DNA of 64,000 nt from Chrysomallon squamiferum (taxonomy: Eukaryota > Animalia > Mollusca), in assembly GCA_012295275.1 (NCBI GenBank), contig CM022672.1:5952001-6016000 (forward strand), in the 5' to 3' direction. The translations under genes and the position numbers were made by a program. Of the stretch, positions 36,577 to 48,694 are shown in pieces. Under the pieces are notes generated by a model. The model did not search any database. It was not told the DNA's origin and saw only the letters and a list, made by a program, of their open reading frames with translations. The stretch's first letter is position 1, and the number at the start of each line of letters is the position of its first letter.

Positions 36577-39500
36577 GTTGTAAGCAACCCTCACCTAGCT
36601 AACTGTTTGCCTTCCACTGTCAGAGCATTTTCTGTAGCCTTGAGAACATCTGCCATGTCAGTGACTTTTGGAGTTGCTGTTCGAGTCATGACACTCAGTT
36701 CCCCTAGTAAATGTTCACTCTCTTTGAGTGCTGCTTCCAATGAGTCTTAAAAAAAAGGAATTAAACTGAGCATACAAAAGTAATAAATTTATTTGATAAC
36801 ACTGTAAAGTAGCCTCATTACTTTGTTTTCATCGGCTATTAGAATATTTATTAATTTTTACATTCGTGGCCATTGGAAGTAAAATGTTCATTTAATGATA
36901 TCACTAAAACACTATTGGCATATATGTATTATTTCATTAATTAATGTCTCTCTCTCTTCCTCTGAGTATTAAATATTTAGTTTGTTTCATCATACATTTT
37001 TATATTAGTGAGAAGAGATTATTTACATGCACTTTTCGAAAGACTTTAACTGCAGACAACTTCTTGTGAAACTAAATAACACAAGTATGAACTATGAAAA
37101 TATATAGTCAAGATATTTTAAGGTTATTTACAAAAGAAAAGAACAAAATAGTCATTTGAAAGTAGTAATGTAGTGGCATTATGTATTCATAACAGCGCAT
37201 AAAAAACCAAAAACACTTAGAAATGAATATATTTAAGCTACAATATATACTAAATGTACAAAAAGGCACAAACAAAACTGTAAGCTAGAAATATACAGAA
37301 CATATATAAGCAATACTATCATATACTGTATGCAATGTTACATTAACACAAAAACTAAAACATTAGTTGGAAACATACATAGTTTATTTAACAAACACTT
37401 TTATAGACAATACATATATATTAATAAGAAATAAATAAAAAAAAAACCTGAAAGCTTGATTACTTATTTCATTGCAGTCACTCTAGGTTAGAAAAAAAGT
37501 TAAATTTTGAATTACCTTGAAACTGATCTTCATCTTCAGGCAGGTAGATTCCCTTTGTTCGTATCTGATGTCTGGTTGTGTCCAGACTGTCAGCTAAACT
37601 TTTGTGTTTAATGCTGTGTTGTGGTAAACTGGAAACTACTGGTTCTAAAGATTTTTCCTAAAGAAAAACATGCACCAAAAAAAAGAAAAAATACATAAGC
37701 TAAATCTTAAAAAAATAACATAATAATAAACAAATACCACCCCAAATAATAATAAAATAAGAAGACAGTTCTAGAATAATTATGAATACGAGCACAAGTG
37801 CATCAGATACAACATTAAATATATATTTCTGTGCATGCATATGTAGAAACATGCCAATGCACATAAAGAATAATGCTTATGTTGTCTAAGCACAAATGTA
37901 AGTAACAGATGTCATCATTAGCAGTAAGATATCTTTCATTTATACTTAAGTCTAGCAGGAACAATACACACTAAAAACTTTTATATACACGTGTTCTTCA
38001 GTGAAAACCCATTATGTTTCTTTGTAAGTGAGATATTTTTCTTCTACTTTCTACCAATAGGAATAGCACATAACACAGCTTATGACGTTGGCAGAGGTGG
38101 AATTTAGCTTAATTGACCACTGGTTGTTATTAATCCTCTACTGACCACAAAGCAAGCTAGTTTTTTACCACTGAACAGCTAACACAGACAAACCTGAAGT
38201 TGCAGTTGCGTGTCCAGTTTAATGTTGTGTTTCAGCCTCTCTGCATCTTTTCTCAGCTGGACAATTTGTTTTCGCTTGTCCTCAACCAAGTCCCCCAACT
38301 CTTGCATCTCTGCCTACACAATGAAGATTTGTTTAATCTACAGGCTGTATTATCAGTGATTTATAAATGTTCAGACTCAATATTATCAATGATCAATTAT
38401 TAAAGAAACATTTAGTGTTATCAGCAATTAATTTATCAAACCTATTGATGCAGTATTATTAATAATTAATTTATAATATCTACTGATCCACTATTATCTA
38501 TGATGATACTTTAGCAAGTGCTATTTCATAAAAACTGTCTGAAAAAAATTCTGTCTCATGAACTGTAACGAAACTAAAGGAGCCAAAGGCAGTGTTAAAT
38601 TTTTTCTCCCATTTAAAATGCCCAAATGTAACAAGAAAAATATCTAGATTCTGGATTCCTAGGTCTGAATGTAGCTAGTTAATATTTGGTTAAAATACCA
38701 TTTCTTGTTTCTCTTGAATCTTGAAAGATTTCTCGGCTTGTATGTCTAGATACAGTGACTGGAGATAACGAGCATATAACAGCTTGAGAGTCCTTTCACT
38801 CACAGACTGCTCACTTTTCTTCTGTCATAAAGAGAAGAAATATTTTCAACAATACACTGAACACATTTCTAATGTGTAGTCATCTGACATACACATGGTT
38901 TACAAGTATACAGGTAAGGAAATCCACTGCTTGTACAAAAGGACTATTCTTTTTATTGGTAACAAGGCATCTTTTTATAGGTTCTTTCCCATTTAACAAA
39001 AGGACACATGCCAGCCTTCATATGGGGCACTAATTCACTGTTTTTAAAGTACTGTTCAATTATTTAATATAAATCTTATTAGACAAAATGCAAGTACCTT
39101 TCCTGGCTTTTGAGCTGAACCCCTAGTTTGATATTTGCTATGATTACTACCACCTAAAAAAAAAATGAATTTAAATATACAATTATAATCATTGAGGAAC
39201 ACACTACAACTTTAGGTGCTTTATTTTAACACTATTATTCTAACAAACAACAAAAATAAAGATAATTCCTTAAAAAGAAAAAAAGAATAAAGAAAAAGAA
39301 GCACATTTTAAAAGAAACTTTTTGTTTATGCTCAACTGATATTTCTATATGAAAATGACAGTGTGTAAAAATTACCATTTCTAAATAAAACAATAGATCT
39401 GCTACATTGTCTGTCACCTGTGAAAAAGGAAACAAATACTTTTAAAATCATCTAACTAAAAAGATACCTGCTGCTAAAATTGACATTTCGGCCTGAATAG

Positions 39501-42500
39501 CTGAAGCATCATGAATCAACATGGATGACACTTCGTGTGTTGGTGTTGATGTTTTTGCTCCTTCTGTGTTCTGTAATGGCACTACTGGTGTTTCTGGTCT
39601 TTCTTCGACAGGTTTAGGCTTCTTCTTGCGAGCTGAGCTGGGTCTTTCACTGCTGCGGTAACTAGATCGCAATGGTTCCAAACTCTGGGTCAGAACAGAT
39701 CTCTTTTGACTGAATGGTCGTGGCCATGAACAGGCCCTGAATAGTTCTGGTTCACATTTTTTAAGGATAAACTCTGAAACAGAAGATTAACTCTGGTTCA
39801 TATTTCTCATGATTCATTAAAATCTCTGCTTAAATATTTAAAAAAAAATGGAGGCTAATTATACTGACCTATGTTTTTGACATATTTAAAGTAAAGAAAA
39901 GTAAAATAAAGTATAAATAATAAAATAAAATAAAATATGCTACAATTAATTAGTTTAGTCATCACATTCAAATATCACCTGAGACACACTACAGATCACA
40001 CACCTTGTCTGGCAGAAGAGAAGAACTGGCTTTCACTGTCTGTGCACTCTGCATGTATCTTGAAGGAACAAATCTTCCAGCTAAATAAATAAGTAAGTAA
40101 GTAACTAAGTAAGTAAATAATTATATTCTGAATAATAAATCAGTTGAATATTCTAATAATCATATGCATTTTTATTCAATCATTTAATTAGCATTTTTGA
40201 AACAAATAATAATAAACAGGAAACCTGTAAGTAAACATGCAGCCTAAATACTGTTTGCCACTGATATTGAAACATTTATTGAAAATGTGCATTTTCCACT
40301 CACCTTTCTTTTTAGCAGAATGTGTCATTTTCTGCTTTGAAATGATCCTGAAATAATTAAAATAACTGACCTTAGTTTAATAATGATTATTAAAAGAATC
40401 TACTTTTCCCTGAGTAAATATTAATGCAGAAAACAAACAAAAGAGTTTCAGATGTAAAAAACATCACAAAAGCAAAACCAAAATCTAAATGTAAATAGAT
40501 CTGTATTCTTTCTAAAATAATTTGTTCATTTTTTTTTTCTTTTAAAGAAATGTCTTATTTATTTCAACACATAAAATATAACACTAAAATAAAATCTTTT
40601 GCTCTTTGTAATTTAAACTGTAAATGGCTTGTAACAGTGACAGTATTCTGTAAAAGCTAGGTTAATGGTAAAATGCTGTTAAAACAAATTTTCTAAGATA
40701 GACACAGAGCAAGGTGCATAAGTCTTGACTGTTTATAATTAACCAAAATAAAAAAATAAAAAATAAATAATTAAAAACAAAATTTAAAAAATTTGTCCTC
40801 TTTATCTCACAGGTAAAATTCAGTGATTGAGCACATTAACAAAAATAAAAAAATAAAAAAAGATTTTGCTTCTATGTGCAAAATACCTTGGCTTGGACTG
40901 AGTGACAAATTCTTGCACTGAACATACATCACTTTCACTGGTTATAGAATGAACATCATCAGCATCAGCGCCAGTTTGCTGCTTACTCTCAAGTTGCTGT
41001 TGTTGTTCCAATGTTGATGAACCGTTGGAAACATCAAAGTTAGGCTGGGATAACGTGGCTGTTGTCTCTGACCTGACTGTGTGTTCACTTCTCTCTCTGA
41101 AGGAGAATGCACAGAAACAGCTCTCCTTGCTAAGCTGTGATCCTTGTCAGGAGCTGAAATATGTAATTTTAAAAAAATCCAGAGTAAATAAAAGATCAGA
41201 ACAAATCTATTCCCTTATTTTTAATATTTTTTTCAATAGTAATAAAATGCTATTAGACAATAAAGTATATACTACTGACAACATATCCATTATTCCACCA
41301 ACATGCCATCTGTCTAGTCATCAACTAACATCACTGTACAACTCAAAAGTAACAATCATCCATCAAATCAGTTTAAACTATCATGTAATCTCCCATTCAC
41401 ATATAAAAAATGTTATGTTATATTCTTCATATTTAAGAAACTATTAATAGAAAGGGACTGACATGTAATGAACACTTCAGTAATTTCATTTAAGAATTTC
41501 TCTTTAACTCTCACTGTAGTTCTTCAAAATAATTGCACAGTATACCAGTTTGAAATGAACAATATTAAATTATGTATTTATGAGTTTCACCTTCAAAACT
41601 AAGTGTCTGCTTTCTGGATTTGTGCTGACTGCAATCAGCTGATTCAAGAAAACTGACTTTAGGGACACCTTCTACCTGTACAGTCCATTTGCCAAATCCT
41701 TCTGAATCACTTCTTTAAAAAAAATATATATAAATTATATATATAAATAAAAAATCCATATAAAATACTTTGATTACTATATTAATCTTTTATAGGTTTA
41801 TGTGTGTATATATATATTTTCCTACAGACTAGAAAGAAGTAGAACTGCAACAAAAAAACTCAGCAGATATTGAATTTAAGCATTATATAATAGAATTTTA
41901 ATATTCACTGTACAGCTGAAAAACATAAGTAAAAAAAATTTTTAAAAAAAGAAGACAAAAACAAATGTTTGAATTAAGTTAAAATATATAAGAACCAAAC
42001 TTACTTATTTTGAGACTTGTGACAGATCACTCGCACTGGTGACTGTTCATATCCAACTACAACATCAACTTCAGCACCAGATGACTCTGTTCTTTGATAT
42101 GTTGCATCGAAAACAGGCACATCAGTTCTACGTGTCCTCCTTTTGTCACCAGAAGACTGAAACAAATCTCAACAGTTTAACAGCCTGTTTTATTTAATGA
42201 CACTATTAAAGTATTGTGATTATTTTTCTATTATTACGTAGTGCACTCGTCACAACCTCCTATAAAACAAGGTTTATAAAGAAAAAAAAAAAATAATAAT
42301 AATATTAAAAAACCTAAATACAATTAAAAAATAACAAATTGTTATATATACAAAATAAATTTAAAAATAAGAAAAAATAAATAAAAATAACACAACAATA
42401 TTTCATTAATGACCCTAAAATTACGACACTAACAATCATAAACGTTAATTTGTTATAAAATATTTTGACTCTGTATATAATCAAAACACTACAGACAAAC

Positions 42501-43484
42501 ATGATTCACCTGAATTGTTGAATGAGGGAAACCCACTTCACTGTCTGACAGGTCCAGTTTGTCAGCAGGTTTTTCAGGTCTTGGCGAATGTTTCTCAAAC
42601 AACCTAGGAGTATCTCTGAAAATTAGGATAGAAATAAGGATAAATAAATAAATAAATAAATAAAATAATAAAATCTTGTCAATTTTTGCTTTATGCCAGC
42701 AAAAATTTAATTTAATATTAATATTGCAATATCCCAAACAATAAAAATTTTAATTTTATCTGGATTTTCAAAATACTTGTGAATCCAAAACCAAATTTAT
42801 ATTTAGTTGACATATTTGTGGAAACTGATGCAGTTAAGACACCTGGCATCAAATCATAACACACCTAACCATAATGTAATTTTATAATAACTGTTAAGCT
42901 AACATTGTTGCACAATTCTTTAATTTTTTATGATAAATAATGAAATATTTTGATAGATGCATCACAAAACTGTGGAAAGACAAAATAAAATGTTTACACT
43001 ATATTATATATAGTATATTTAATATTATAATTTACCAAAATTTGTTTTACAATTTATATACTTTTATACACCTTTTGTACATTTAAGGTTATTGAAAAAG
43101 GTATCCATTCAGTTTGAGAAATTCTAGTTTTAAATGAAGCAGTCAAAGATCTATTAGATGATGCTATAGATAAACTTATTATTATTAGTAGGGCATAATC
43201 ACTTTTGTTTATTTGAACTTTTCATTTTAATAATAATACATATAAAAGAAGGAAAAAATCTTACTTTCGTGGAGTGGCAGCTGAATCATGCTTTGAAATA
43301 ACATTTGCACCTGTTAATATATTTCCAAAAAGTTTTTAAAGAAGAAAAGAAAATCAGCAATGAAAACAATATAACTGATAAAGAAAGCAAAAACCTTATT
43401 TTACTGATAAACATTTTAAATTTACTTTATAATTCTGAAAGCAGTTTTTAACAAAGTTAATTAACATGTGTAAGTATGAATGTC

Positions 43485-43536
<52 letters not shown>

Positions 43537-44944
43537 GTGATCCAAAAGATCACTTTTCCTACTGATCAAATATATGAGAAAAAAGAAAAGGAGAAGAAAA
43601 GAAAATGTCTGACAGTGACATTACTATATTCATCTCTTATAATAAATATTAAAGTTATGTTTAAAAAAACAAACAAAAAATCATAAAGTAAACTCTATGT
43701 ATTAACACACACACACTTGTCATTAGTAAATTAAAAAAAAAAAACACCAAAGAAACAGTAAATAATTTACCATCTCCTTCATTTTCTTTTAGAACGTGAT
43801 GTACAGCGGGCTTAAGGGATGGATCGGTAACAAGTCTGCCTTGAGCTAAAACACAACTATAACAAAATGACATAGCATTAGTATCTTTACAAACCAATAA
43901 TGTTAAATGTTAAGTTTCAATATGTGTATTTGATCATCTTTGTGTGTCAAATTGTCTAAAACAAACTAAAATTATCAGATTATGTTGTAACTGCAAATAT
44001 TTCTAGCATCATATTAGTTGGGGTTTTTTGTTTTTGTTTTTTTTTGTTATCTATCATTAGGTAGTCAAGGCTTGTTTCTTAGCAACCAGTGAATCATTCT
44101 GGAGAAACTTGTTATGGTTTGAAAGGAAATTAATATTATGCCAATAAATAAATAATTTCTTCTAAAGACTAAAGCATTGATCATCCTCATCATCTTTCTC
44201 TACAGTTATTATTACTTGGTGAAATCTAATTAACATTATAATTTAGGCCCTGCAAAGCTTCAATTCAATTCCATGTTTGTATATTCAGAATTTCAAATAT
44301 TGCAGTCTCAGGACAAGTAGGAAACGAGGGTCAATCTAACAGACCAACAGATATTAATCAACTATATACAGAGTATCGTTAAAGAAACAAACAAAAACAC
44401 TTCGCATTTTCAGAAAAGAAATAAAATCCTTATAATAAATAACCTTTTAACCAAATAATACTGTTAATAATAATAGCGTTATCATTGATATTTTTTTAGT
44501 TCCTCTTACGATGATGCTAATCACCGTATGTACTCCCAACGCAGTGGATATTTATTATCGGCTTTCTAAATCTTTTCATTCATCAGTTTCAAGTCTGATG
44601 TACTTGATTATTATCCTCGTATTCCAAATTCAGAATTGTTTTCGATTGAAAAACTGTAATCATAATTTTAAAAGAAATCTAATGATAACTCGCTCAGTAA
44701 CTGGCTTAAATATGGCTAATTATTATATTATTTTACAATTAACTTTATTAATAGTTTATATTGTGTCAGACGGCAACATGAAAATGACATCGACGTATCA
44801 TGACAAAACATGAATCACTCAATCAGACACCTAATTTGAAGATAGTTAAATTCGTATAAAATATAAAATAAAAAAGAACCTTTTCGGTTTCTGGCCAACA
44901 CTGCTATGCGGAGAAGGTTTGTATAATGCACGTTTAGAGTTCAT
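35744..44944 (-). CDS. HAUS8: HAUS augmin-like complex subunit 8 (HICE1)-like, with long N-terminal extension
   Basis: Exons (5'->3'): 44944-44880, 43845-43771, 43310-43265, 42615-42510, 42156-42005, 41712-41591, 41153-40887, 40347-40304, 40080-40004, 39773-39468, 39153-39098, 38821-38699, 38313-38194, 37657-37516, 36745-36595, 35825-35744 (TAA). Motifs: SAKKKAGRFVPSRYMQ (cf. HAUS8 SAKKK..GRVIESRY), LKLLYARYLQ (HAUS8/QWRF-like helix), SLDTTRHQIRTKGIYL (cf. ALDTTRHELPVRSIHL), SEHLLGEL. From within exon 10 to the stop all phases are consistent; three upstream frame breaks are listed under findings, so the 5' part is less certain. Confidence 0.82.
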
Positions 44945-45150
44945 GATTATTTAAAAGTGTCAAATCATTATTCAATTCTCCCGCCTGCTTTCGACTGAAA
45001 TACAGTGAATAATTGCAGCCGCTGTGAAACCCGCGCTATAACAGGAAGTTGATATAGAAAACTACGGAAACAGCCGAACATTTGATATTCCCATAGTATC
45101 TTTCAAATATAATCAAGGAAAACAAATCGTGAAAAGAATTTTGTTCGACG
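44945..45150. promoter_or_regulatory. Putative bidirectional promoter of HAUS8/BRF2, including the probable non-coding first exon of BRF2
   Basis: Divergent ATGs ~650 bp apart (44944 and 45597). ETS-type ACAGGAAGT at 45041, CGGAA at 45065, ZNF143/Staf-like TTCCCATAGTATC at 45088. Donor ACG|GTATGA at 45151 and acceptor TTTTTTAG| at 45568 define a 5'UTR intron. Confidence 0.6.
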
Positions 45151-45596
45151 GTATGAAATATCTTCCAGGACAAATATGTTAAAAGGCACCATTGAGAAAT
45201 TATTAGTTATTTCGTTAGAAAAATGAATTAAGTATTGCAGAGGAAGGAGAAGTCGACAGAAACTGAATTTATGTACAGTAGACTTATCATTTAATAGTTA
45301 AACTTTACAGTACTATCACTATCACTTTGTATCAGTATCACTTCACTGTCAGTGTGTCACTAGTGTCACTTATTATCATAATCATAAATCAAGGGTGATG
45401 GGATATCAGATGTTAAATCAACAATTTTTTGTCCACTAAATATCAAGTTTGTTGAAATGAAGGGTTACAGTATTACATTTGTTATTTTTATTATTATTAT
45501 TATTATCATAAGTATTTATTTATTTTTATTATTATTAAAATAATTAATTAATTATTTTTATTTTTTAGGAAGCAGCTGTTTGTGAAATAAGTGAAA

Positions 45597-46721
45597 ATGT
45601 CTCAGACTGAATGCCCCATGTGTGGTGAGAATGCAGTTGTGGAGGACAGCCATGGACTTGAAGATTGCCGGGTCTGTGCTGAGTGTGGCTATGTGGTACC
45701 TGGTGTAACCTTAACATCAGAGTATCATGAATGTGTTGCTGAACCCATCAGAGGAGCTTCAAAAGCACTGACCATGGCTTTGAAACGAAAAGCATCTGAT
45801 CCTTTTTGTCTTATGCAGTGCTTGCAGCAGATAAAAGCTTTGTGTAGAAGTATGAACTTCTGTGAAGCTATGACAGAACAAACATGTGACACTTTCAGAG
45901 AGCTGTATGAAAATGAAAAAGTTCATTTTCGACACATGGAGCTTAAGCTGGCCATGGCTGCGTGTTGTGTTTATATTGTGGCCAGGATGAACAGTTGCCC
46001 AGTGACCATTGGTCACATTGTCCGTGTGAGTGGTATTTCTCTGGCACAGTTTGCTAAAGCCTACAAACTAACCAAGTCATATCTACAAGTGCCTTCAGTA
46101 GCAACTCCCACCATAGGCCAAATCTGTGCTCAGGTTTTTGCCTCCCATAATTTGCCCCAGACTCTACTGAAACAAACACAGAGCTTGTTGTTACTGTGTG
46201 ACAAAATGTGGGTAACATTTTCATCATCCAACAAGGAAAACATGGTGATTATGTGTTCATATTTTGCATGGCAAGCACACAACATCAAAAGAGAAACAAA
46301 AACTGACTCGACAACGTACTGCAAAAAGTTTAATTTTTCTAAACAGAAGATATTTCAACAGAGAGTGTTTATTCAAATTAGACGTCTGATTCTGGCAATG
46401 GGCAAAAGTCTGCCATGGCTGGGGGAGGACCTGAGTTTGAAAATGCTTCCATGGTACCTTGAAGAGATACTAGAATACAAACAAAGCTTAATGAAACAGG
46501 CGTTCGGTCAGTTTAAAGGTGATGAAAGTGATGAACAAAATGTTACAGGAGTATTTTCACTTCGACCACACAAAAAGTTCCGAAATGATGATCAGGTTTT
46601 AAAAGAAACTCTGGAAGGTGAAAAGCAAATTGACAATTTTAAGAAATTACATGGATCTCTAGATAAACCAGAAATAACTGAATCTGAGTTTGCAGGTGAA
46701 ATTGATCAATTTATCAAGTAG
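45597..46721 (+). CDS. BRF2: Transcription factor IIIB 50 kDa subunit (TFIIB-related factor 2), single coding exon, 374 aa
   Basis: Zn ribbon CPMCGENAVVEDSH..VCAECGYVV (cf. human CPDCGSTELVEDSH..VCSDCGCVV), cyclin folds (AACCVYIVARMNSCPVTI; YFAWQ; SLPWL) and C-terminal EIDQFIK (cf. EIEQYLR). Too short for BRF1. First ATG at 45597, after the acceptor at 45568. Confidence 0.93.
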   Translation: MSQTECPMCGENAVVEDSHGLEDCRVCAECGYVVPGVTLTSEYHECVAEPIRGASKALTMALKRKASDPFCLMQCLQQIKALCRSMNFCEAMTEQTCDTFRELYENEKVHFRHMELKLAMAACCVYIVARMNSCPVTIGHIVRVSGISLAQFAKAYKLTKSYLQVPSVATPTIGQICAQVFASHNLPQTLLKQTQSLLLLCDKMWVTFSSSNKENMVIMCSYFAWQAHNIKRETKTDSTTYCKKFNFSKQKIFQQRVFIQIRRLILAMGKSLPWLGEDLSLKMLPWYLEEILEYKQSLMKQAFGQFKGDESDEQNVTGVFSLRPHKKFRNDDQVLKETLEGEKQIDNFKKLHGSLDKPEITESEFAGEIDQFIK

Positions 46722-47534
46722 AGTATCAGTTGCAAATTAAATTTAGGATTGTTAACACCAGTCTTACTCTTCGGTGACATTTGTAAATTATCACAGGCTT
46801 TAAGGAGGGACATTAAATAGAAAGAATAAATCACAGGAAGCTTAATAATGCATTAAACTAGGACTTTAAATCTCTATCAAATTTTAATTATTTCGTTTTT
46901 AATTTGTTGAAATTGTTAACATGATTGGTATAAAAATTTGATGCAGTTCAAGTTCCTTTTTCTATGACGTGTCTGGGTGATAAATATTTAAATGTGGTAG
47001 GAGAGATGTAGTTATAAAATTAATAACAAGCTGTAGAAATTATGATTTATTTTGAACTTTTAGTAATCTTTATTCAGTAAATCTCTAACAATTAAAAATT
47101 GTGAAAAATATCTAAACTAATTCATCTTGTTTGTTCATACCAACCAACAAAATAATGCCTTTTATTTCTAAGGTATTAAACAAAACTGATAAAATTATTT
47201 CATGTTTGAACCAGATTTTGCATGTTTATATTGGAACGTTTTTGAGCTTTTATGTTTCTTAGTTGATATTCAGTGGACTTCGCAGATTGTTCAGCATTTA
47301 TCTGTGAATTCTGTTTCAGAGACGGTTCCTTTTTGAGAAGAACCTTTGTAATTTATATTCTTAAGAATTAGGAACAGGACAAAATGTGACGTAGCAAATA
47401 AACATTGAGTTTATTTTTCCAGGAAGATTATTCACATTTAATCATTGACGGACTGTACAAAAGGTAATGTGAGCCGATATCCGGGTCAATAAAAATATAA
47501 ATACATTTAATACACTTTATCAATAGAACATACT

Positions 47535-47935
47535 TTCCTAATAATAAATAAGTACATCTTATACATTTTATCTGACAACAGACCATATTTTACTAATGGT
47601 AGATAAATTATATTGTTTTGTGTCCAATTATAGACCTTACATCTAGTAGTAAATAAATACATTTTATATACTTTGTTTGACAATGGACGATATTTTTTTT
47701 TTAACAGAATTTGTACTTTTGATGATGTACTTTTTATTTAAAAACAGACAATAATAATAAATAAATATAACATGTATTTTACTTAACTATAAATCATTTT
47801 TTGGTAACAGTAAATAAATAAACTATATGTACTCCATTTGACCATAGATCATAATTCGATAATAATAATAAATATATTTTGTGCATGTTATTTGACTATA
47901 GATCACATTTTGCTAATAATAAATAACTCAATAAA
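47535..47935. repeat. Old degenerate tandem repeat, ~55-60 bp unit, ~7 copies
   Basis: Recurrent AATAAATAA..(T)ATTTGAC(T/C/A)ATAGA(T/C)CA.ATTTT pattern near 47545, 47650, 47760, 47812, 47865. Confidence 0.55.
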
Positions 47936-48065
47936 TCATGCATAATTTTTTGTGTTTTTTTTTTACTGTAAAAATTTAACGACAAAATATGACATTAATA
48001 TCAAATTTTATTATTATTATTATTATAAAAGCCAGAAGAGCGAAAGAATTCATCATGAGAAAATG

Positions 48066-48099
<34 letters not shown>

Positions 48100-48602
48100 G
48101 AGGGTGCAGTGTATTATTCCTCCTCAGTTATTGTTGCTGCTGACATCTTAGGCCCGAAATGAATTCAACCGCGCGAAGGCGATCTGTTAACTCGAAAGAC
48201 AAGTGCAGTCATAGATGACGTAACTAAAGTTTAGAGAAAAAAAACCCAAACAAAACAAATGCACATTTTGCACTTCACGCCACTTGTACGAAGAAGTAAG
48301 CGAGACAGAGTTTCATTGAGTTTCATTATCCGTCCGTTACCTCTGTTAAATAAGATTCAGGTAGATATATAATCTGGTGAGTTTAGAGAACAACAAATAA
48401 CGTTGTCGTGTTGATGATGTTCCTTTTCCAGACATTTATCTGTATACCTTGGGCTAAGTCCGTTGTGAGCTATGCTGCATCAAACTTTAAAAAACAAAAA
48501 CAAAATGCAATGTACCTCAACGTAAATAAATGAATGAATAAATAAATGAATAAAATAAATAAATAAATAAAATAAATAAAAATAAATAAAATCACTGTAA
48601 TC

Positions 48603-48694
<92 letters not shown>

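Noticed and set aside
41025-41447. 140-aa plus-strand ORF
   Set aside because: Antisense to a HAUS8 exon and intron; no recognisable features.
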